Below, in pieces: positions 26,890 to 39,284 of a DNA stretch of 64,000 nt. How positions within the stretch are numbered: the stretch's first letter is position 1; each line of letters opens with the position of its first letter. The stretch comes from Octopus bimaculoides (taxonomy: Eukaryota). Made by a program: the position numbers and the translations under genes. The stretch is taken from positions 21,387,357-21,451,356 of the forward strand of contig NC_068984.1 of NCBI RefSeq assembly GCF_001194135.2, in the 5' to 3' direction. The notes below the pieces were generated by a model, which made no database searches, had not been told where the DNA came from, and saw only the letters and a program-made list of their open reading frames with translations.

Positions 26890-28335
26890 AGGTTACTCAA
26901 AATGATTTGCTTAAAGTTTATGGCAGTAATCTAAAGGCTTCATGAACTAATCAAAAGTAGAAGAAACACTTTATAGAATGCCATGATTCAATGTTGATCA
27001 GTATTGTTATGGACATCCTTCGATAATTGAAGAAAGCTATGGGTTAGTGAAAATATAAACTGGAGCAGATGCAAAGTTCACAATTAGAAACATTGCATCT
27101 GAGTTGAACATAAGCAAAAGTTCTGGTCAACAAATACTCCACGGCCATCTGAAGATGAATAATATCAGCAGGAGATGGATTTCCTCTCTTTTTGATAATT
27201 ATAATATTTCATCCATGAATAAAAGTAGTGTTGGGCAACATATTAGCATTTTTCAAATTGTGATCTTCAAAAATATTTCTCAATAACTGTTGCCAGTGAT
27301 GAGATATGGTTCTGCAGATACAATAAGGTAAACATATTCAGGCAAGTGATAATTTTACCCCTTTGAAGCCAACCCCACTGAGACTACTCCTAGTTCTATG
27401 ATATAAACTTCCTGTTTTAAAGTGATTTGGATTAGAACCTCCCCTCAAAATTTTTATGTTCCGTATTTGATGGTATATAAGACATATTTTTTGCAAAAAA
27501 AAAAAACAGTCTCAAAAAATCACCCCAACTTTTCCTCCATGCGAAGTTGGGCCTACATTACATGCTTTATTGCACTAAAAACTTATTCCTGGATATGTCC
27601 TACAGAAATGAGGATCTGTCTAATATGCTCATGAGTCTTTTATGCCATCAGATATGGTAATTTATGTTCCAAGCTCCAGCTTAATATTTCTTTCAACTAT
27701 ATTTCTTGAGTGCAAATCCTAACTCAACCTCTTTTAGTCGACTCCTATGACACAGAGAGGGAATGTTCAGTTTCTTCTTTGATATGCCATCCTCACACAA
27801 CAACACACAAGCTTAATGATGGCAGTTATTTCACTAAATTCTTCATTCTTTTAAAATTTAATACAAACAAAGGCATTGTATTCCATCAGAAATATAGCAA
27901 TGAAAGGGTTCTGTATTCCATCAAACCATTAACAACATATTCAGTTTGAACCAAGGTAATAGCAAGTATTTTTTACAATCCCAAAGGATGTTATTCCTAT
28001 TGAATATCTCAATGAAAGTGAAACTATGAAAGGTCAACATTAAGTGACAGCAATTAATATGCTAAGAATTAGAATTCAACAAATAACGGGCAAAATTAAC
28101 AAGTGGAATTTTGTTTCATCATAACAATGCACCAGCAATAGCAGTTTTATTTGCGCTAAACTGATTTGTCAAAATCATTTCACAATTCTTCCCCAACTAA
28201 CCTTATAGGTTTAACTTTAAAAATATGGTTTGGATCTCCTCTCTAAGCTCAAAAGAAGTTTAAAGGGACATCATTAGATAATCATTACAAAAGTTGAAGA
28301 AGCATTTGAAAATGCCATTGCAATAGAAAAACAGT
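26890..28335 (+). mobile_element. Degenerate mariner transposase remnant, interrupted by about 600 bp, in NOXRED1 intron 4
   Basis: IRNIASELNISKSSGQQILHGHLKMNNISRRWI, TVASDEIW, KVIASIFY, GILFHHNNAPA and KRSLKGH resemble the mariner WVPHxL, GDETW, VMATVFW and HDNAPAH motifs. Confidence 0.75.
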
Positions 28336-28528
28336 AAGACTTTTTCACATCTGCTTTTCATAAAAATTGTAAATGGATGGAGAAATGCAAAAACTTTGCC
28401 TTTCATCTTTTCAGTGTTGTTCAAATAAAAGTACCAGCCTAGTACCAGGGCTGATGGCATTGACTAATTCCCTACTTTCAAAATGGTCAGCATTGTGCCT
28501 AAATCAGAAACAATTATTATTATTATTA

Positions 28529-28567
<39 letters not shown>

Positions 28568-28568
<1 letters not shown>

Positions 28569-29034
28569 GTGATTATAACTCACAGCTTATTTTGCTGGGT
28601 ATGATGGAAAGTGTCAGCTGTCCACAGCCATCAGACTAAGGTGACACTTGTTTACTGGTCATGCTTCAAGAACCCTGCGAAGAATTCTTGCAGTTCCCAG
28701 CAATGCTGACTTTTGTAGGTGTTCTACCTTCACACTTGCACCAATCTTTTTCAGCCATGTTGGTAGCTGAGTGCTGATAATTCCAAGTGACCCAATTACT
28801 ATTGGTATCACATCTACTCTCTTCATTGACCACAACCTTCATATTTCCCACTTTAAATCGTCATAGTTGTTTACTTTTTCTTCTTCTTCTTTCACATTGA
28901 TCCTGTTGTCACCAGGGGCATGCTATGTCGATAATCATACATGTTCTTTCTTATTTATTCACCACAACGTTTGGTTTCTTATGTCTGGTCAGGTGATTGC
29001 ACTGGATCACTACATCCCACAGGATTTTGCAGTT
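28568..29034 (-). mobile_element. R4/Dong-type RLE retrotransposon, 5'-truncated copy B
   Basis: CKILWDVVIQC...KPNVVV...IIDIAC.GD...KEEEKVNNY...VIPIVIGSLG...LQKSALLGTARILRRVL*, then 3' UTR and (TAA)n. Confidence 0.85.
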
Positions 29035-29073
29035 CATCATTATTATTATTATTATTATTATGATTATTATTAA

Positions 29074-29617
29074 TTTCTCTTTATCACAGGTTTTGTTGGA
29101 GCTCCTGGAGTCTTGCATGCATAGCTGGCTTACTACCTGTAGCCTATGGTACCATGCTATTCGTTCTTTTCTGCTATCTAATACTTTCCTGGTTATTCTG
29201 GTTGTGCCAAGGAGGCAAACCTTTTGTAACAGTTCTACTGGGCACTCTATTCCAATTTCCTTTATATTCGTCTTGATGCCTTCCGATACTGTTCCCAAGG
29301 ACCCAACAATAATTGGCACTATTTTCACCTTCTTCATTTTCCATAGCTGCGCTATTTCATACTTAAGAAAGTTGTACCTATCTGTCTTTTCGTCTTCCTT
29401 CTTGGCTATTCGTCGGTCAAAGGGTCATGCAACATCAACTACATAGCACCACTAGGCCTTGTCTGTTATGCTCTAACACCTGATCTGTTTGGATTGGGAA
29501 CTCCCAGAGGATTTTGCTAGTCTCTGACTCTGCCACTCTCTGCGGTTTGTGCTCATACCATGTCTTGCCTCTCTCTAGCCACCACTTTTCACACAGTTTC
29601 CAATGTAGCACTTTCGC
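29074..29617 (-). mobile_element. R4/Dong-type RLE non-LTR retrotransposon, 5'-truncated copy A
   Basis: AKVLHWKLC...WYEHKP...KILWEFPIQTD...VVDVACPFD...KIDRY...IVPIIVGSLG...LLQKVCLLGT; flanked by (TAA)n on both sides. Confidence 0.85.
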
Positions 29618-29624
29618 ATTATTA

Positions 29625-29674
<50 letters not shown>

Positions 29675-29686
29675 GTTATTGTTATT

Positions 29687-29915
29687 GAGGCAGTGAGCTG
29701 ACAGAATCATTTGCATGCCAGACAAAATCCTTAGTGACATTTTTTCCAGCTTGATGTTCTGAGTTCAAATTCCACTAAGGTCAACTTTGCCTTTCATCTT
29801 TGCTGGGTCGATAAAATAAGTGCCATTTGAGCACTGGGGTTTGCCTTTCATCCTTCTGAGGTTGCTAAAATAAGTACCAGTTGAACACTGGGGTTGACAT
29901 AATTAGCTACCCCCT
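29687..29915 (+). mobile_element. tRNA-derived SINE, family A (internal duplication)
   Basis: GAGGCAGTGAGCTGACAGAA...GAGTTCAAATTCC...GCCTTTCATC segment present twice. Confidence 0.75.
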
Positions 29916-30094
29916 ACCCCCACCCCACCCCTACCGCCCAATTTAGTCCTTGTTAGACGTTTTACTCTTCACAGCAACTCAAACACATCAACAATCTACA
30001 ATTTCTCTTTTAAATGAAGTTTTGTTAATACAAACCTCCATCTGTCTCCCCAGATACCTTAGAAATCTGTTTTATCTTGATCCTCATATCTCAC

Positions 30095-30287
30095 CTTGAG
30101 CTTAGATTTCTGCCAAAATCTTCAATCCAAAACCTTTCATCCTCATCCAATGGTAGTGCACTAAAAATTACTAACTGGACCAATGACAACATTTCCTCAG
30201 GTTTTTGAGCAGATATTGCACAGGATAGATTTATTGCAGCACATGTAATAATTGCTGGCAGCCTATTAACATCTTCTATTATTGAAT
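30095..30287 (-). CDS. NOXRED1: NOXRED1-like coding exon 4
   Basis: Acceptor gtaatttcag|AT, donor CAAG|GTGAGA. DSIIEDVNRLPAIITCAAINLSC...MLSLVQLVIFS...FWIEDF. Phase 1 in and phase 2 out, compatible with both neighbours. Confidence 0.85.
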
Positions 30288-30835
30288 CTGAAATTACATT
30301 TGGAAAAATAATTATTAGTAATGAAAGCAATATTTTTACCAAAAGACAATCTTTATATCTAACTTGTCATGAATGTGATCTCTTTATTTGGCACTATGGC
30401 CATAACACGGAGGGCACAGCACAAAGACAGACAGAACATCACAGTGGGGACAAAAAACATAAAACGAATGAAAAATGGTAAAGTGTACAATGAAATCAAT
30501 GGTGATGAAATGGCTGCATGCACCCCACTCACATGCAGTACTATTTGAACATTCTTACTTTACGTTTATAATCTTTTTCAATGTTTTTTCCTATTAGCAT
30601 CATTTTGTTTTACTCTTTTTACCCTTTTTTTCCTCCTTTTTTTAAACCACAATTTACTCTCTTTTTTAATACCTCATATATGGCTCTATTTCTCAATGGT
30701 TACTATGTTGGTATTTAGTATTCACTCTTTTATTTGTGCCAGTTTGTTGCCATACTGGGGCACCACCTTAAAGGGATAAATCGATCAAATTCACCCTAGT
30801 ATTATTTTTGTGACTGGTACCAGATGTAAAAATAA

Positions 30836-30939
30836 AGGTAGGTTGGTAGGTAGGTAGGTAGGTTGGTAGGTAGGTAGGTAGGTAGGTAAGTAGGTATGTA
30901 GGTAGGTAAATAGGTAGGTAGGTAGGTAGGTAGGTAGGT
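30836..30939. repeat. (GGTA)n microsatellite
   Basis: Read directly from the sequence. Confidence 0.95.
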
Positions 30940-31096
30940 CATTATTCAGTTTTAATTTTAGATATTTTGCTAATAGAGAAAGAGCTGGTTTCTAACTCAG
31001 ATCCAAGGCTCCTTCATTGGAATTTCAACATCAACAGGATATTTTTGTATGTATGCATGTATGTATGTATGTGTGTATGAATGTATGTATGTGTGT

Positions 31097-31330
31097 GTTA
31101 TTTCTTTACTACCCATAAGGGGCTACACACAGAGGGGACAAACAAGGACAGACAAACGGATTAAGTTCATTATATTGACCCCAGTGCATAACTGGTACTT
31201 ATTTAATCGACTCCGAAAGGATGAAAGGCAAAGTTGACCTCGGCGGAATTTGAACTCAGAACATAGCGGCAAACGAAATACCACTAAGCATTTCGCCTGG
31301 CGTGCTAACGTTTCTGCCAGCTCGCCGCCT
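31097..31330 (-). mobile_element. tRNA-derived SINE, family A (young)
   Basis: Close to 55730-55960; most CpGs intact. Confidence 0.85.
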
Positions 31331-31479
31331 ATATGTATGTGTGTGTGTGTGCATGTATGTATGTTTGTTGTATGTATGTATGTATGTATATGTGCAGATT
31401 TGTTTATTTTGTTTTATGCATGTATTCTCATGTATATAGTTGCGTGTCTAGACATGCTCATATATATATATATAAATGA

Positions 31480-31990
31480 TAAACTTCTGGAAAGCTTTAT
31501 AGATTTTTACAGTTCCAGTGATGGCTTGGATCAGTAGTTTTCAAATCAGCTCTCTCCTTTCTGATTTTGAGAAGCTTAATTTCTCAAGATTGGTATTTAG
31601 TTAGTGTATTACATATATATCCCAGTGCCCCAATAATTACAGGTATAAACCTGAACTTGTAATCTGGATAGAGTAACTGTAGATTCCTCAATAGTTCAGC
31701 ATAGGTATTTTCCTTTTTGCTGATCTTTAGCTTTATGTTAACATCTGCTGGGCAGCTAATTTCCACAATTGTGCACGGTTTCTCTTCTCTATCCCAAATC
31801 CTTATATCAGATCTATTGTACTTTCATCTTATTGAGGTTTTCACTGGGATATTCCACCAGTACTCCTTTTTATTATGAGTGAATATAGCTTCTACCATAC
31901 TGCAAGTTCTTATATTTTTAGTTTCAGGGTTATCCTTCCAACGGATCTCATTATACAGTGTCCTATCTACAATATGACTCATTGGTAGAT
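31480..31990 (-). mobile_element. Third RLE (R4/Dong-like) retrotransposon 3' fragment, different family
   Basis: EYWWNIPVKT...NRSDIRIWD...IVEISCPAD...KENTYAELL...FIPVIIGALG. Confidence 0.8.
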
Positions 31991-32089
31991 AATATTGTTT
32001 GTTTGTTTGTTTATTTGCATTTATGTATGTATGTAATGTATGTATGTATGTAATGTATGTATGTATGTATGTATGTATGTATGTATGTA

Positions 32090-32121
<32 letters not shown>

Positions 32122-32742
32122 ACTCTCTCTCCTGTATTTAATCATTTAAATTCTTCCTCTGAAGAAGGGGCTGATTTCTAACAAAGATACCAAGCTCCAT
32201 CATTGGAGTGAAGATAATTTAAACAATGTCATAATTTAAACTTAAGGAAAGTCTTGCATATTTATACTGTTTCACTTACAGATTGTATTTGTAATGTGTG
32301 AGTTGGTTCATTTCCTTCTCTGAAAGCCCTAGTTTATCCAGACTGCCATTTGGGACATTTACTCACAAAATCAAATGCACCAAGTATTATTGGTATAAAT
32401 ATGAATTTATAATCTGGATATAGAAGCTAGAGGTTTTGAAGCAGCTGTCCATAGTTATCCTCTTTCTCTTAGATTTTCAAAGAGATATTCACAACAACAG
32501 GACAGCCAACCTCTATGACCGTACATACTTATTACTGTCTACCCCAGACAACAATATCTGGCCTGTTCTGCTTACACTTGACAGCTGTTTTGATGGGAAT
32601 GTTCCACCAGCATTCCTTGTGTTGATGTTTGTGTATGTATTCAGTAACAGGGGGATTCTATGTATGTATGTATGTATGTATGTATGTATGTATGTATGTA
32701 TGTATGTATTTATGTATGTATGTATGTTTGTATGTATGTATA

Positions 32743-32906
32743 GCTGAAGAATGGACAAAAATTCCTTTGGAAACAATTCAAACTTTGTACAAGTCCATAC
32801 CTCATAGAATTCATGCTGTAACTACTGCCAAAGGCGGTCCTACCCCATATTAAAATTAATTTTTTTTGAAATTTTAAGGTGTTTCCATTATTTTGTCCAA
32901 CCCCTG
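32743..32906 (+). mobile_element. 3' end and right TIR of a second Tc1 family
   Basis: EEWTKIPLETIQTLYKSIPHRIHAVTTAKGGPTPY*, then ...CATTATTTTGTCCAACCCCTG|TA. Confidence 0.85.
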
Positions 32907-33039
32907 TATGTATTAAGGGTACTGAAAAGCAATGCCATATTTTCAAGCGAATAGTCTTATGTCATACCACAAATTGTTTGCAAGCCAATAAAATGTGACC
33001 TTGCATTCAACCAATCAGCACAGATTTAATGACAAAACA

Positions 33040-33545
33040 TTAGAATGGACATGTGTTGTGTATGTATATGCATTATACAATAGCCCATGGAAGGGAAGAA
33101 CTTCAGTAAGTTGCATATTTGGCATTGCATGTTTTCTGAATTTTATCACAGCAACAATGCAATACATATTAGGGTAAACATATGTACTGTATATTTTGAT
33201 GGTGTGTCTGGAAATGTAAAAGGTGGTTTAAGAAATTCAAAAATGGTGAATTCGATCTTTTGGACAAGTATAGATTAAAAATACCAAATGTTCTCACTAA
33301 TGACACAGTGCAAACTGCAACTGAGGAGGATCCATGTCAAAGTATTGGGGACTTAAAATATTTTGGCCCACTGTTCAAGAGTATCTCAATCACACTGAGA
33401 GAAAGTGTGTCAAGAAATGGAGAACCTCATGATAATGCAAGGTTACATTTCAACAAAGATAACTCAAGCCAAAATAAATTTATTAGGCTGGGAAGTTTTC
33501 CCTCACCTTCCCTACCCACCAAATCTAGCATCCCCCCCACCAGCT
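33040..33545 (+). mobile_element. Internally deleted mariner (Mos1-like) remnant
   Basis: HIWHCMFSEF...WFKKFKNGEFDL...HDNARLH...LLGWEVFPHLPYPPNLAS across frameshifts. Confidence 0.8.
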
Positions 33546-33559
33546 TACTCATATTACCC

Positions 33560-34130
33560 TTGTTGTATTCAACCAGCACCTCTCAGTCCCTGACTCACCA
33601 CTATACCTAGTCTTTCCTCTCCAGAACACCATCCGTCTAGAATATTCTCCCAGCTCATGTCTCTCCAGCAGCTGTTGACCGGCAACAGTTTAAACCAATG
33701 GTTCTCAACTGGGGTCCACATGACCCTTGGGGGGGGGGGGGCTTTTGTTGTTAAAATTTATCTGTAATAAATTGATTATACTTCAACAATATATCAAATG
33801 GTTGAGACCCACTGGTTTAAGCATTACATGAACTGCATCAAGTTCACTGGTCTGAGGAGGTTTTGCAAAGGTTATGGACACTTCCCCTTCCTCTAGATCA
33901 GCAATTAAAAGAGAAGAAAGCCGTCAATGGGTAAGGGGTAATGGAGATGACGTGTAGAGCCAAAGGATGTAAGGAAGTTCAAATATTTTTGGTATAGGTG
34001 GCTGGAGGAAAGGCAAAATAGAATTAAGATGTTCAAATGTGCTGAGAGAATTGTAATTGTAGGAGATGTGATAGGGAAGGTACAAATCAATGATAGGGCG
34101 AGCTGTTATAAATTATTGGTAAATGAAGGT
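33560..34130 (-). mobile_element. Probable Penelope-like remnant interrupted by a hAT MITE
   Basis: Degenerate translation resembling the PLE linker; weak. Confidence 0.3.
33696..33814. mobile_element. hAT (Charlie-type) MITE with 8-bp TSD
   Basis: GTTTAAAC|CAATGGTTCTCAAC...GTTGAGACCCACTG|GTTTAAGC (TSD with one mismatch). Confidence 0.8.
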
Positions 34131-34537
34131 TTGTCTGTTTGGTGGAGGACTTTATACAGTAGGTTGGTGGATGCTCTGAGATTGTAGATTGATGAATATC
34201 ATGAAACAGCTATATTGATTAATAGATTATTTGGTGTATTGAACATTAATTTAAAATGTCAGCAAGATTGGTTCATAATCTCTGAAACCTTTTAATTAAT
34301 AAAACCTCTGAATTAGTGAGAATACTTCTACTTGGCTACTAAATCTGCTAAAAATAGCAGTTAAAGCTTCCTCAGATTATAACTTATCATCTTAAAAAAA
34401 AGGAAATATGCATTAGATAATTACAGTTGGAATACATTTGATTATAGATCTTCTCAAGGAGAGCTGACCAAGGGCTGAATAGTATCAAAACAATAACAAT
34501 AACTAAAATCAAAAGTACTATAAAATATAGACTTTAC

Positions 34538-34873
34538 CTGAGCCCCTGAATGGCAGAAACATTTTTAGTAGATCCTCGTCACTTAGAATATCCGGAATCT
34601 TCATTTGTTCCCACTTTATGCTGGCTGTGGTCTCTTCACTAATATAAACATCCAAGTTGTAAACATTGTCAGTTCTAAGCATTGTAGCCAGCTTCTGGAG
34701 GTCCTGACCTGCTAAAATGCTGTAGACAATGCATTTTCTTGATAAGTGGTCCCTAATTTCTTTTGACAGCAAGGTAAGTTGTGATGGCGGGATGGCAAGT
34801 AACAAAACCTCTGCAAATCTACACACTTCGAAATTATCATCAGTGCAGGAAATTCCTTCTATCGTAAATTCAT
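34538..34873 (-). CDS. NOXRED1: NOXRED1-like coding exon 3 (336 nt, phase 1-1)
   Basis: Acceptor tattttgcag|AT, donor TCAG|GTAAAG. DEFTIEGISCTDDNFEVCRFAEVLLLAIPPSQL...CIVYSILAG...LRTDNV aligns by eye with ADVIFLCCLPSQL...IVYSFVAA...LLNHTNI of NOXRED1. Confidence 0.9.
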
Positions 34874-35181
34874 CTGCAAAATACATGGAAAAAATTAATT
34901 AGTCACAAACATGAACATCCTTGCTTAATTAATGCTGGGATAATTATTGTAATACAAAAATAGGTGCTGCTGTGGTTTGTATCCTAATTCTCGCAATTAT
35001 TCTTCTATGACATTATTAATACTTTGAAGGGTTTAGTTGGACAAATTAATGTTATTACTTATCTTAAAATTGGTACTTATACCTACCAGTTTCTTTTGCT
35101 GAATTGCCAAGTTATGGGGATGTAAACAAACCAACATTGATTGTCAAGTAGAGGCGGGAAACAAACACAAACATACATATG

Positions 35182-35221
<40 letters not shown>

Positions 35222-35235
35222 AACTACAATTTCCT

Positions 35236-37085
35236 TTTGATTTTACTTTTGATTTTACTTTTGATGAACTTGACTCAATAGGTGTCCTCAAGCACAGCAT
35301 GTCACCCTACAGTTCAAGGTACTTTTGAGTGGGCTGGTTTTGCGACACTGGTGTAGGTTACAGCTGTGAACTCACTTTATTTGCCGGGTCTTCTCAGTCA
35401 CAGCACATCTCCAGAGATCTCGGTGTTTCGTCATTGCCTCTATGAGGCCCAGCATTTCAAGGTCATACTTCACCACCTCATTCCATGTCTTTCTAGGTCT
35501 CCCTCTACCCTGGATTCTTTCAACTGTTTGAGAGTAGTACTCCTTCACACAGCTCTCCTCATCCATCTGTAGTACATGACCATGCCAATGCAAACGTCTC
35601 TCTTGAACACCACATCCGATGCTTTCTCTCAGGGTGCTTACACTCTGTCATGCATGTACACTGACATTACACATCCAGTGGATCATGCTAGCTTCATTTC
35701 TTTCAAGCCTACGCATGTCTTCAGCAGTCATGGCCCATGTTTCACCGCCGTGAAGCATGGCAGTTCGCACACATGCATTGTACAATCTACCTTTCACTCT
35801 GAGTGAGAAGCCCTTTGTCACCAGTAGGGGTAGAAGCTTTCTGAACTTTACCCAGGCTATTCTTATTCTTATTCTCAGAGCATCCACCCCCACTACAGAC
35901 TTGGTCACCTAGGTAGCAGAAGCTATCAACTACTTCTAGTTTCTCACCCTGGCATGTGATGGAATCTGTTTTCTGAGAATCTGTGGTGTTTATTGCCCCT
36001 GTGCATCTGCCACACATGAAAGTTATCTTCCCAGTTAATCTTCCTGTGATGTTGCTGCACTTCTTATGTGTCCATAGCTTACACTGGGTACATCTTATGG
36101 AGTTTCTACCTACACCTTTTCTACAGATCGAGCAGGGGTGTGTGATGTGTTCACCTTCCTAGTTACTAGAACTTTGGTCTTTGCAACATTGACTCTAAGG
36201 CCTTTCAATTCTAAACATTGCTTCTACAACTGAAATTTCTTCTCTAGTTCTGGTAGTGATTCTGCTATGAGGGCATAGAGGAGCTCCCAGGAGCAACCTG
36301 TCTTGAATTCCTCTGATATTACCTGCAGGACTATAATGAATAAAAGGGACTGAGGGCTGATCCTCGGTAGACCCCTACTTTATCCAGAATTCTTCACTAT
36401 ACTCATTGCCAACCCTAACCTTACTAACGGCATCTCTGCATAGGGCCTGTATAGTCTCTATTAACCATTCATCAATCCCCAGTTTCTGCATTGCCCACCA
36501 AATAAGGGATTGGGGGACCCTGTCAAAGGCTTTCTCCAAGGCCACAAAAGCCAAGTATAGGGGTTTATCTTTGGCTAGGTATTTCTTCTGCAGTTGCTGT
36601 ACCAGGAATATAGCATCAGTGGTGCTTATATTGGGCACAAAACCGAACTGCATCTCATCTAAGCAGACTCTCTCCCTAATTAGTTGGGCTATGACCCTCT
36701 CCCTGACTTTCATCACTTGATCCAGCAGGTTGATACCCCTGTAGTTATTTCTATCTAAAGCATCACCTTTACCTTTGTAGCAGTTAACTATGGTGCTGCT
36801 ATGCCAGTCATTGGGTATGACTCCATCATGAACTACCTGGTTTACAATACAGGTGACTAGGCCATAGCCCACATCACCAGATGTCTTAAGCATCTCAACA
36901 GTGATTCCTGATGGGCCGGGGTCTTTTCCTGGCTTCATACCCTTAATTGCTTTATCTACCAGGGTGCTGTCTATTTGGATAGCTGGTCCCTCTACTGGGT
37001 CAACATTTGGCAGGCTCTCCTCCTCCCATTCATTCACCATGTTCAGCAGTCTTTCATAATGGCTTCTCCAAGCCTCTTTCTTTTC
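35236..37085 (-). mobile_element. 5'-truncated RTE-clade LINE (RT domain to 3' tail), frameshifted
   Basis: KxPGPSGI, NYRGINLL, QFGFVP, AFVxLEKAFDRVP, FCYLGDQ, GRGRPRKTW; short ATCAAAAGTAAA tail repeats. Confidence 0.95.
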
Positions 37086-37634
37086 CAAATCACTAAAAAC
37101 AAGTGAAAAATGGTTGTGGAGCACTGGCCTGGACATGTGACTTATTTTACCTTAAAACCATTTTAAATGTTTCCAGTCTCAGCAACAACACAAAAGGTGC
37201 CTTCAGATTTTCTTCCTAATATCTGGGATTTAAATAATTCAATTTTTTAAACTACTAGTTTCATACTTTGGGTTTATAATGTTGACAATATACTTCAACT
37301 AGACCAACTTCCTGCTGTCTTTCAGCTACCCAACATTGCTCTCCAATGCTGGCTTTGAACTCAGGTCTTTCTTCTCTCACAGAGAGTTTTAATATTTTTA
37401 ACCACTAAGAACTCTAAAATTATCCAGCAAAAATAAAGATTCCAACTTCAAACCTATTTTAAAGAACCACAAGAATTAAGTACCTGAAGATATTCTAGAA
37501 TTGATTCAAGAGTAATGTAGTGACAAACACGAATATATCACAAATGGGGTTAACAATCTTTTAATTTTAAATCCCAGTAATTAATCACAGATATCAAAAC
37601 AGTTAAGCTTCTTGAAAAAAATAGTCCTACATAC

Positions 37635-37825
37635 CAAGCTGTTCTGGAGTTCTTGTTGAAATGAGCAAATTATGAGGCTTTATATTATTCTGATATAATA
37701 GACATCGGACGATTTGTTGTCCAATAACGCCACAGCCAATCATACCAATACGAACACCAGGTATTTTTTTGTTAGGTATTTTGAAACTTGCATCTTTACA
37801 TAATTCTTTTGAAATTACAGCTTTC
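37635..37825 (-). CDS. NOXRED1: NOXRED1-like coding exon 2 (Rossmann GxGxxG)
   Basis: Acceptor ctctgttaatccag|G, donor CTTG|GTATGT. Encodes KAVISK...GVRIGMIGCGVIGQQIVRCLLYQNNIKPHNLLISTRTPEQL, matching VGIIGGGHLGKQLA...LRISTRRPETL. Absent from the ORF track. Confidence 0.9.
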
Positions 37826-38009
37826 CTGGATTAACAGAGAAGAGCAGATAACATGTAAATAAAGAGATAAGAGTGCACACACACACACACACAGAACATA
37901 TAAGCAAACAGGAACATAACTCCCCCCACACACACACATATGTATCCGAACATGGCCGATGCCGAGTCAAGTACATCGATATCAGCAATATCAAAATCAA
38001 ATCAAATGG

Positions 38010-38356
38010 AAATTTCAGTTGCAAGCCCCGTGCCGGTAGCATGTAAAAAGTACCATCCAAATGTAGCCAATGCCAGTGCCGCCTTGACTGGCTTCCGTGC
38101 CAGTGGCACGTAAAACGCACCATCTAAACATGGTCAATGCCAGCTCCTCCGGCCCCTTGTGCTGGTGGCACGTAAAAAGCACCCACTACACACTCGAAGT
38201 GGTTGGTGTTAGGAAGGGCATCCAGCTGTAGAAACACTGCCAGATCAGATTGGGGCCTGGTGCAGCCTCCTGGCTTCCCAGACCTCAGTCGAACTGTCCA
38301 ACCCATGCCAGCATGGAAAACGGACGTTAAACGATGATGATGATGATGATGATGAT
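38010..38356 (+). mobile_element. RTE-LINE 3' UTR copy
   Basis: Same tail family with (GAT)n end. Confidence 0.7.
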
Positions 38357-39243
38357 ATATATGTACACAATGAATATGCTATGATATGAGAAATGTAATG
38401 TCAGTTTGCAGTTTGTGCTATGTGTATAACTTTATGCTATTTCTATTCATTGTAGCTTTTTTTTTGCTTGGTATAAACATAGTACAATATCATTTAGACA
38501 TCTGCATATATTTTGCAAAATAATCTTTAACTTTTCAAATTTTAGCATTTCATAGTCTCAGTATCCACATTACTATGACACTTAGTTGAGTGTGTGCGTG
38601 TGTGTACATGTGAGTGTAGTGTGTGCATGCAGATAGATGGTGGTGGCAGTGGTGGTGGTGGTGGTGGTGGTGGTGGTGGTGGTGAATCTTCTGATCAAAG
38701 GAAGAAAACTATATTTCCATCTATTTTTACAAATTGTTGATGCTATCAGTTAGTTGCAACTCTTGGCAGTTCTGCTATTTTTCAGTGATGGAGCAGAATT
38801 AGAATTCTAAATGCACAAACCCAGAACAAATACTACAAGGCATTACATCCAATGCTCTCACAATTCTGACAATCCACTGCCCTAGCCTGCTAATTTTTCT
38901 TATCAATCCTGAAAGGAAAGAAGACAAAGGTGATCTTGGCAGGATTTGAACTTAGAACACCAAGTTGAAACAAATACTGTGAAGCTTTCTATCCAGCACT
39001 CTAGCAACTCTGAAAATCTGCTATCTTTAAGCCTAACATGCGCATATTAAAGGTGGTGCTCCAGCATAGCCACAGACAAATAACTGAAACAAGTAAAAGA
39101 ATAAAAGAATATATACTTCTACCAGTTTAATCAACCTTATACACAAATACACACACATACACATATGCATATCTACCAATCAACTACCTTCTACACAGAC
39201 ACATACATTTACCCATTTGCTACTCTTTACTCAGATACACACA

Positions 39244-39284
<41 letters not shown>

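Noticed and set aside
36375-37136. 253-aa ORF as a host gene
   Set aside because: RTE reverse transcriptase within a truncated, frameshifted LINE.
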